Source: a virus
Lineage: Duplodnaviria; Heunggongvirae; Uroviricota; Caudoviricetes
Direction: 5' to 3' (one strand)
IMG/VR virus record: IMGVR_UViG_2698536560_000009
Span: 1 to 25,337 of that record
DNA length: 25,337 nucleotides
The first letter of the stretch is position 1. Each line of letters begins with the position of its first letter. A program made the translations under genes and the position numbers. Below the pieces are notes generated by a model. The model made no database searches. It worked only from the letters and a program-made list of their open reading frames with translations, and was not told the DNA's origin. Positions 19,570 through 25,337 of the stretch are shown here, piece by piece.

Positions 19570-20373
19570 ATGAAATTTGTCTCTGAAAGAATTGACCATG
19601 TAAAAATAGCTAATGGATATTGTGTAATATGTGGTAATTTTGGCAAATTAAAAAAAGACCATGTTCCCCCGCAATGTGCATCTAAACCTTCACCTATGTT
19701 ACAAAAAACGATTTCTGAGTATTTCTCTAATACTCGAGTACCACCAATTAAAGCAAAAAGCGGGACAACTTTTCGTACCATTTGTCACAATTGTAACTCG
19801 AATATTTTAGGATCAATGGATGCAGAAATAGGCCGTGTTACAACTGAATTCATCGAAAAGTTAAATGATTATTTTAGTGGTAAGTTCTTTTACAAAAATT
19901 ATATTTCATTAAAATTTGATGCGGATAAATTTCTAAGAGCAATGATTGGACACCTTCTGGCTGCAACTTCAGTAAAAGATTGTATGAAGCCTATTGTTGA
20001 TAGTCCTTTTTATACTCCATTGAGAAATTTTGTATTAGGCAGGAATCCAGACATTGGGGCAACTCATAATATTTACTATTGGTTTTATCCATTCAGAAAA
20101 CAAATTACTGCTCAGTCAGTTACATTCTACAATAATGGACATCATAGTATATGTTCTTGCTTACATTTTTTCCCAATATCTTTTTTGGTTACACTGAAGG
20201 AGCAAGGAACATTTCCTATTCATGCAACTGAAATGACTCAATATGATCAATCTCTTCATTTTAATATGACAACGGCTAATATTGATTATGCTTCATTTCC
20301 CTTTGTAGGTTTAAAGAATAATCAATTTATGATGGTAATTTCTGGTCATACTTGTGTTAGTTATCCTAAATGA
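19570..20373 (+). CDS. HNH-motif (His-Me finger) nuclease-like protein with uncharacterised C-terminal domain
   Basis: The N-terminus contains C-x2-C ... DH ... C-x2-C-N (CVICGNFGKLKKDHVPP ... TICHNCNSN). The spacer is longer than in the canonical HNH motif. The C-terminal ~180 aa are unrecognised. Confidence 0.5.
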   Translation: MKFVSERIDHVKIANGYCVICGNFGKLKKDHVPPQCASKPSPMLQKTISEYFSNTRVPPIKAKSGTTFRTICHNCNSNILGSMDAEIGRVTTEFIEKLNDYFSGKFFYKNYISLKFDADKFLRAMIGHLLAATSVKDCMKPIVDSPFYTPLRNFVLGRNPDIGATHNIYYWFYPFRKQITAQSVTFYNNGHHSICSCLHFFPISFLVTLKEQGTFPIHATEMTQYDQSLHFNMTTANIDYASFPFVGLKNNQFMMVISGHTCVSYPK

Positions 20374-20400
20374 TTTTCAACTAAAGGTTGAGAAATATAG

Positions 20401-20445
20401 ACATAAGAACATAAGAACATAAGAACATAAGAACATAAGAACATA
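20401..20445. repeat. tandem octanucleotide repeat (ACATAAGA) x 5.6
   Basis: acataaga x5 then acata, in the intergenic region between the HNH gene stop (20373) and the next gene (20591). Confidence 0.9.
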
Positions 20446-20457
20446 GTCCAACTGTTC

Positions 20458-20519
20458 AGCGACACGTCCCACACACACCAACTAAACAAACCTACCCTTT
20501 ATGAGTGGGGCGTGTCGCT
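20458..20519. repeat. GC-rich inverted repeat with 15-bp arms (one mismatch) and a 32-nt CA-rich spacer
   Basis: agcgacacgtcccac (20458-20472) pairs with gtggggcgtgtcgct (20505-20519); the spacer is acacaccaactaaacaaacctaccctttatga. Confidence 0.8.
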
Positions 20520-20590
20520 AATAGTTTACGCCAGAATGGTTATTATGGTAAAGTTCATTTTTCACTTTGATATATTGGATTTCTAAAAAA

Positions 20591-21142
20591 ATGGAAGCTG
20601 AAACCATTACACAACTCATTGCAGTCGGTGGTACTTTAGGCGGTGCATTAATAGCTGCGGGTGTAACATTGGCAAGCCAATTAATCACTAAAAAATATGA
20701 GAACGAAAAACTAAAAAAACAACTTTTATTCAAAATACTCGAAGATGAATTAAAAGAAAAAAAGCAAACTATTAAACCTTTCATTCAGTTTATTAATTCT
20801 TTGAATCTTCCAGAAAATTTTAATTTTTATGATGATGGTGATCTTTTAGATCAAATTATGCTTTATAAACAGGATTTAATTAAAAGTAAAGCAAGTGACT
20901 TCCTTCTCGATTATACATTATACATGACACCACAAATTCACGATGCGATTTGGACGGTTACTAATGCTATAAATGATTTTGAAGAATTGGGAGCACGGTT
21001 TTATGATTCATCATTGAGTAAACAAGAAAACGATGAAATATTACTTAGAAATTGTAGCGGTAAGCCAACTGAAATTTGGGAAGCTTTGATGAAATTGAAA
21101 GGCTTGCTCTATAGTGAAGTTAACATAGCTGATAAATTATGA
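20591..21142 (+). CDS. hypothetical membrane-anchored coiled-coil protein
   Basis: The ORF track starts at a TTG at 20567; the first ATG is at 20591. An N-terminal transmembrane helix (LIAVGGTLGGALIAAGVTLASQLI) is followed by a K/E-rich helical domain. The stop overlaps the next gene's ATG as ATGA at 21139-21142. Confidence 0.5.
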   Translation: MEAETITQLIAVGGTLGGALIAAGVTLASQLITKKYENEKLKKQLLFKILEDELKEKKQTIKPFIQFINSLNLPENFNFYDDGDLLDQIMLYKQDLIKSKASDFLLDYTLYMTPQIHDAIWTVTNAINDFEELGARFYDSSLSKQENDEILLRNCSGKPTEIWEALMKLKGLLYSEVNIADKL

Positions 21143-21840
21143 ATATAAAAACTATAAACTCTACTCTTGTCGGCATTGTTGCAGTACTTCTGTTTTTAGC
21201 AGTCTTAGTACTCGTTAAGGTTCTATTCGCTGGTAGCAGGGGGTTTGAATGGGGGAACGCAGCTGATTTAACAAGTGCGTTATGCAATATCGTGATTGCG
21301 TCTACAGCTCTTTGTGCTGCTTTTGTAGCAAATAATTGGTTCGTTCAGAATAAAAAATTAAAATCCCTTTCTACCTCACATCAGTTGGCTATGAAATTTG
21401 AGATGCAGTTATGGGAAATAAATTCACGTTTATATAATGATGGTATAGTTCGTGCTTCCATCAGGAAATATGTTCAGGATAATAAAGAACTGACAGATGA
21501 AATAAAATCTAAAGTTGCTGCTGAAATTAATAAAAAGGCCACAAGTGATTTATCTGAACTTGCTAAGCTATATACGACAAGGTCAATGCTAGCCAGGTTT
21601 GATATTAAGTTAAGCGAACGGCTTGAAAATTTATTTAAAAATATATTAGAGTTAAGGCAGTCATATTTAGACAATCAATATATATATCTATTGACCATAT
21701 GCAAACATATTAATTGCCCCAAGCATGAGGACGTAATTGCAGCTACAGAAAATCTTGAAAGTGTTAAAAGAGAGCTAGCTGCCATATTTCAGTACGAGCT
21801 ATGTGAAACAAATATTGATACTGATTATTCGTTCAGCTAA
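21139..21840 (+). CDS. hypothetical 2TM membrane protein (paralog A)
   Basis: 233 aa with an N-terminal hydrophobic hairpin (LVGIVAVLLFLAVLVLVKVLFAGSRGFEWG, then LCNIVIASTALCAAFVANNWF) and a soluble C-terminal domain. The N-terminus is about 35% identical by eye to that of the 22818-23561 protein. Confidence 0.5.
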   Translation: MNIKTINSTLVGIVAVLLFLAVLVLVKVLFAGSRGFEWGNAADLTSALCNIVIASTALCAAFVANNWFVQNKKLKSLSTSHQLAMKFEMQLWEINSRLYNDGIVRASIRKYVQDNKELTDEIKSKVAAEINKKATSDLSELAKLYTTRSMLARFDIKLSERLENLFKNILELRQSYLDNQYIYLLTICKHINCPKHEDVIAATENLESVKRELAAIFQYELCETNIDTDYSFS

Positions 21841-21877
21841 ATTTATAGTTAATTGATGTAAATAAAAAGGAAAGCTT

Positions 21878-22699
21878 ATGCTTGGGGAGTCATTTAATCA
21901 ATTCATGGTAGAGTCTTATTTGTCCAGTACCTCAATAGGTGGTGGGCTTACTGCTGTGCGGAAATGTAGAGCACATGATAAAGGTAGCTTCTATAGCAGC
22001 TTCTTTCAATTATCAATTGGCATAGAAAGGTTTTTTAAGATTATCTTCATACTCAATCATATGATCGAAAATAATCTTGAGAAGCCAGACTTCCGTACAC
22101 TTAAAAAATTCAGCCATAATATTGCGGAGCTTCATAAAAACTGTTCAAGCTATGGTGCTAGCCATTTACCCAATTTGGAGTGGGAATTAAACTGGCAGCA
22201 AAACCTCATATTAGAAATGCTTTCTGAATTCGCTGATGCTTCAAGATATTATAATCTTGATAAAATTGTAAAAGGCAAAAAAGAAGTCAAAGATCCGTTA
22301 GCACAGTGGAACGAAATAATTAATTCTTGCTTCCGTAAACACATTACTGATTCTAGAAAACAAAAACTAGAAAGAGAATTAAATTTATGGGCCGACAAAT
22401 ACAAAGCATACGGTTACACCTGGAATAGAGGTCTTGATGGTGCGATTTTAAGCCAAATTGATGAGTATATACTTTCCTGGAAAGTAATAAACGTTTCACC
22501 TTATATTGTGTTTGAAATCATTGATATGTTGCAGCCTTATTATTATCTAATTTCTAAATTTAAAGATGATATTGACAACATTGAGCACAGTAAAGGGATA
22601 AGAGAACCTCTGGTTCCATATCTCCATGAGATATTTGTATTTCTACTTGTCCATAAGAAGTTAGCTTTGAGTAGAAAAACATGGAGTTTCCGTTATTAA
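21878..22699 (+). CDS. hypothetical soluble protein flanked by the two 2TM paralogs
   Basis: 273 aa with an AAGGA Shine-Dalgarno and ATG at 21878. An R-x4-H (RKCRAH) motif lies near the N-terminus, but no confident family assignment is possible. Confidence 0.45.
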   Translation: MLGESFNQFMVESYLSSTSIGGGLTAVRKCRAHDKGSFYSSFFQLSIGIERFFKIIFILNHMIENNLEKPDFRTLKKFSHNIAELHKNCSSYGASHLPNLEWELNWQQNLILEMLSEFADASRYYNLDKIVKGKKEVKDPLAQWNEIINSCFRKHITDSRKQKLERELNLWADKYKAYGYTWNRGLDGAILSQIDEYILSWKVINVSPYIVFEIIDMLQPYYYLISKFKDDIDNIEHSKGIREPLVPYLHEIFVFLLVHKKLALSRKTWSFRY

Positions 22700-22735
22700 T
22701 TACATGGACATGTATCACATTATTAATCAGAGAGG

Positions 22736-22753
22736 CACTAATCATGATTAGTG
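22736..22753. promoter_or_regulatory. 18-bp perfect palindrome cactaatcatgattagtg, candidate operator upstream of 2TM paralog B
   Basis: Perfect dyad in the 118-bp gap between the genes at 21878-22699 and 22818-23561. Confidence 0.35.
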
Positions 22754-22817
22754 GAATATATATCCATCAATGCTACATATATACATCTATGTCTTTTATT
22801 TAAGAAATGAGATTAAC

Positions 22818-23561
22818 ATGCTTAATATTAAAAAATATAATTTAATACTACTAAGTACCGTACTATTACTGCTGCTAATTGCTATATTAGTTGGTGTAAA
22901 AATATTATTTTCTGGTTCGAAAGGATGGGAGTGGGTAACTTTAATTGGAACATTATGTAGTGCTGTAGGTACATTAGGTACACTATGGGTAGCCTACCAA
23001 GCATACCTAAAAGCACCTGAATGGTTGTCGCAAAAACATTATGATGTAGTATATGGTGTTATTGAGAAAGCAATTTATCAAGATCTTAATAAAGTACGTA
23101 CTTCAACCTTAATTTTAAAACATCAATTAGTGACATTCTCCAAAAAATATCGCAATCATTTAAAAAACGAGACCATACCCCAAGATTCACATGATGAGTT
23201 TATGAAGGAAACAGATGCTCTTGTTTCCGATTTATTCTTCACTTCTTACTCCGTTATTAATTCCTTAAAATCTATTGATAGAACTAATTATGCTTTAAGC
23301 GAATACACAAAAAACATTATTGCTGAACTTAAATTAAATATTGATGAATATAACGGACTGAGTATCGATTTCTATATTGCAAGTTCTGAGGTTCCTGCAC
23401 TTATACAGGCCGATGAATGTGTGAGGGATCAAACTAGTAGTGAGCTTTTCGTTATACAGTCAAAAGCAATTTCACTTCACAATAAGATTTCATCTTTCAT
23501 AAAAGATATATATGATGATAACTATCCAATTGATAACTTCATAACTCTAAAGAAAAAATGA
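22818..23561 (+). CDS. hypothetical 2TM membrane protein (paralog B)
   Basis: The likely start is the ATG at 22818 (MLNIKKYNLILL...); the ORF track begins at 22770. The N-terminal hairpin LILLSTVLLLLLIAILVGVKILFSGSKGWEW matches paralog A (shared VK.LF.GS.G.EW). Confidence 0.5.
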   Translation: MLNIKKYNLILLSTVLLLLLIAILVGVKILFSGSKGWEWVTLIGTLCSAVGTLGTLWVAYQAYLKAPEWLSQKHYDVVYGVIEKAIYQDLNKVRTSTLILKHQLVTFSKKYRNHLKNETIPQDSHDEFMKETDALVSDLFFTSYSVINSLKSIDRTNYALSEYTKNIIAELKLNIDEYNGLSIDFYIASSEVPALIQADECVRDQTSSELFVIQSKAISLHNKISSFIKDIYDDNYPIDNFITLKKK

Positions 23562-23696
23562 TTAATACCCTATCTTGCAAACCTATTAAGTTTGTAGAAT
23601 TACTGATGACTTAATAGAAAAAGTCATACTTGATTCAAAATCATTAAGGATGCATATTAAAGAAACGTTTACATTTCCCAAATAAGCATCAGTTCT

Positions 23697-23730
23697 AAAA
23701 CACCGGATTTATCATTGCATCTGGTGTTTT
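23697..23730. terminator. hairpin at the convergent junction of the plus-strand island and minus-strand small genes
   Basis: aaaacacc / ggtgtttt 8-bp stem with an 18-nt loop. The right arm overlaps the last codons of the 66-aa ORF. Confidence 0.25.
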
Positions 23731-23912
23731 GAATAAATTTCTATTAGTAAATCTCTGTGTAGATTAGTACTAGGTAGTTCTTGCAATAATTGTATGTTAT
23801 GCTTTTCAATTACTTGATAACCTAGCTCTAGTACTTCTACAATTCCTTTTTTAAAATCAAACTCATAGATGTACTCTCCATAGTTATGGTGTATAAAATT
23901 GACGCCTTTCAT
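23712..23912 (-). CDS. hypothetical small protein (second gene of coupled pair)
   Basis: 66 aa with a GAGGA Shine-Dalgarno 7 nt upstream. Its ATG overlaps the stop of the 103-aa ORF as ATGA at 23909-23912. Confidence 0.4.
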   Translation of the reverse strand: MKGVNFIHHNYGEYIYEFDFKKGIVEVLELGYQVIEKHNIQLLQELPSTNLHRDLLIEIYSKHQMQ

Positions 23913-24220
23913 TCGTAGTCCTCACTTATTTTATTCATTTGTGTTTGAATAATAATTAATCGATTAATGTCGATCTCTGTTTGCAGTGCTAAGCTTGCTT
24001 GGAATAGTTCTGATTCACTCATCCTAGATAGATCAGGTGTTTCATTTATTTGAGTACCATCAATCTTCTGATGATAGAATTGTAGTCCTTCTCGTTGCAG
24101 TACTACACGTGTTGGGTGATTAAAGTAGACAATCTGATCCGTGAATACTGTCATAGTACTGTGATCCTCATACGTGTATCGGTGAAACAGATCATACTCT
24201 TCAGTTTTTAGTAATTTCAT
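23909..24220 (-). CDS. hypothetical small protein (first gene of coupled pair)
   Basis: 103 aa with an AGGA Shine-Dalgarno 9 nt upstream of the ATG at 24218-24220. No transmembrane segment and no recognised motif. Confidence 0.45.
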   Translation of the reverse strand: MKLLKTEEYDLFHRYTYEDHSTMTVFTDQIVYFNHPTRVVLQREGLQFYHQKIDGTQINETPDLSRMSESELFQASLALQTEIDINRLIIIQTQMNKISEDYE

Positions 24221-24329
24221 TTTTATTATCCTCTGTAGTACTGGTATTTATTAAAAAGGTGTGATTCTATAATAAAGGCCAGTTTATTTTCATAGTCTAA
24301 TGGGTATACACAGACTCCCTACTCACTTT

Positions 24330-24690
24330 CATTTCCTCATAGTATGCCTCTCGGTGGCTTGTGTGTTGCGTATTCATCCGGCGGTGCGGCTTCACACTTT
24401 AATTAATTAAGTTCCTAGCTAGTATGGGTAGTGGTTCACTTTAGTGAGCTTCAACAGCGAACGACCCAAACAAGGGAGTTTACGACCGCGTAGTACTCAC
24501 GAATACTTTAGACCGTAGGTCGACCCCAAATACTTTATTAATCACTTTGGTGAGTACATGGGGTTTGTTTGAGCGAAAGCAAGTAAAGGACTTGCTCGAC
24601 CTGAAAGGGCGAAAGTCTGGTTATAAATTCTAAGATCAAAGGCGAGCTTGCGAGGTTTTGATCTTCGGACTTCAGTCCATTTTATATGTG
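24330..24690 (+). ncRNA. GC-enriched structured non-coding segment (candidate ncRNA or late-transcript leader)
   Basis: No convincing ORF. Contains several local stems, including aagatcaaa/tttgatctt, agcaagt/acttgct, gtactcac/gtgagtac and two GCGAAAG (GNRA-type) hairpin loops. Strand and class are undetermined. Confidence 0.2.
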
Positions 24691-24707
24691 TTATTATATT
24701 ATAGTGT

Positions 24708-24719
24708 TCCATTAATGAA
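24708..24719. promoter_or_regulatory. operator-like palindrome copy 1 (tccattaatgaa, one mismatch)
   Basis: Imperfect copy of the TCCATTAATGGA dyad. Confidence 0.3.
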
Positions 24720-24782
24720 GTAAAATTCACAATTTCAACGGTAGAATGCGGGTTTCAAGCCATATATGTTGGAATATAACAC

Positions 24783-24794
24783 TCCATTAATGGA
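24783..24794. promoter_or_regulatory. operator-like 12-bp perfect palindrome TCCATTAATGGA (copy 2)
   Basis: Perfect dyad, 41 bp from copy 3. Confidence 0.4.
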
Positions 24795-24823
24795 ATAAAA
24801 TCTCTATTAGTGGATTAACTCAT

Positions 24824-24835
24824 TCCATTAATGGA
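24824..24835. promoter_or_regulatory. operator-like 12-bp perfect palindrome TCCATTAATGGA (copy 3)
   Basis: Perfect dyad, 14 nt from the stop of the 162-aa ORF. Confidence 0.4.
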
Positions 24836-24848
24836 GTTAAAAAATGCT

Positions 24849-25337
24849 TCATTTACCATCAATGAAACCCTGTAGAATAATAATTAGTTCCTCTGCTGAT
24901 GCTCCGCTATCATGTGCGTTTGCTAACGTCTCATAGAACTGTTTGTTGTCTATGTAGTGCATTCCGTCCTTTTGCACTTTGAATAGCTTCACTTTGCGTT
25001 TATGTGCTGCTATAAGAGCTTTTGATACTGCGGTTGCTACACGCCTTACCTTTACTGCGGTAGATTCACTTACACGTTCCTGAACTTCTTTTATATGATA
25101 GTCCTGGTAAAGATGTAACCTGGCTAAAACTTTCTCAGTACTGAATGTGATCAAATTGAAAACGATGTAATAGATCTTAAATCCACTATATGGCTTACCG
25201 TTACCCATTGGGACTGATGCTATTGCTTCATCAATTATCTGTTTTGCTTCTGGTGTAAGATCGTTGTCATAGTCTCCAAAATTCCCCGCAATGCGTAGGA
25301 ATGGTGTATTGTCGTAATCTCGTGCTTTATTTGCCAT
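24849..25337 (-). CDS. hypothetical protein (possible regulator; start coincides with window edge)
   Basis: 162 aa ORF whose ATG is at 25335-25337, exactly at the window end, so the true start could lie beyond the window. Stop at 24849-24851. Followed by a region with three TCCATTAATGGA palindromes. Confidence 0.4.
   Translation of the reverse strand: MANKARDYDNTPFLRIAGNFGDYDNDLTPEAKQIIDEAIASVPMGNGKPYSGFKIYYIVFNLITFSTEKVLARLHLYQDYHIKEVQERVSESTAVKVRRVATAVSKALIAAHKRKVKLFKVQKDGMHYIDNKQFYETLANAHDSGASAEELIIILQGFIDGK

Noticed and set aside
19431-19781. 116-aa minus-strand ORF overlapping the HNH gene start
   Set aside because: It overlaps the better-supported plus-strand HNH gene and its promoter region, and has no Shine-Dalgarno or recognisable features.
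20401-20445. Possible CRISPR array
   Set aside because: The 8-bp units are directly tandem with no spacers, so this is a microsatellite-like repeat. No CRISPR-like repeat-spacer structure was seen anywhere in the window.
20458-20519. Rho-independent terminator call for the GC-rich inverted repeat
   Set aside because: The 32-nt loop is far too long and there is no downstream U-run. It is kept as an inverted repeat of unknown function instead.
20518-20784. 88-aa minus-strand ORF
   Set aside because: It is antisense to the start of the membrane-anchored coiled-coil gene and extends into the inverted-repeat region. Likely a spurious ORF in AT-rich sequence.
21878-22699. HEPN RNase assignment for the 273-aa protein
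   Set aside because: Only a single R-x4-H match (RKCRAH) near the N-terminus. The position and context are atypical and could easily arise by chance.
24542-24730. 62-aa minus-strand ORF inside the structured GC-rich segment
   Set aside because: It has no ribosome-binding site and lies within a region better explained as structured RNA or regulatory DNA.
18294-24848. tRNA or tmRNA genes in non-coding stretches
   Set aside because: I looked for T-loop-like GTTCRANYC motifs with flanking 5-bp stems and cloverleaf-compatible pairing in all intergenic regions and found none. This is an eye scan only; a dedicated tRNA scan is needed to be sure.
16847-25337. Lysis cassette (holin, endolysin, spanin) upstream of the terminase, and integrase/attachment site
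   Set aside because: No ORF in this part has a holin-like multi-TM small protein next to a lysozyme or peptidase-like gene, and no recombinase-like ORF is present. These functions are probably encoded outside the window.

Overview
The window reads as a 25.3 kb piece of a tailed, lambda-like (cos-packaging) siphovirus or prophage. Positions 1-16846 are one minus-strand late operon, in transcription order: Nu1-like small terminase, gpA-like large terminase, a small head protein, lambda-type portal, a single-ORF prohead protease-scaffold-HK97-type capsid fusion, two connector/neck proteins, a tail-tube-like protein with fibre repeats, a 964-aa aromatic-rich protein, a gpV-like tail tube protein, G/GT chaperones with an A_AAA_AAG -1 frameshift site, a 753-aa tape measure, and four distal tail proteins. 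Upstream of the terminase, where lambda carries the moron bor, sits an AT-rich plus-strand accessory island (17011-23561). It contains a tightly coupled SLATT-like 2TM protein plus SMODS/CD-NTase-like nucleotidyltransferase (a minimal CBASS-like module), an HNH-motif protein, and a four-gene cluster with two paralogous membrane proteins. The most unusual signal is at DNA level: the palindrome CAGTACTG occurs 24 times in the structural module, in several reading frames and often with identical 13-18 nt flanks, and not once in the other 8.5 kb. All calls come from reading the sequence and ORF translations by eye; no searches were run, so family assignments are provisional.
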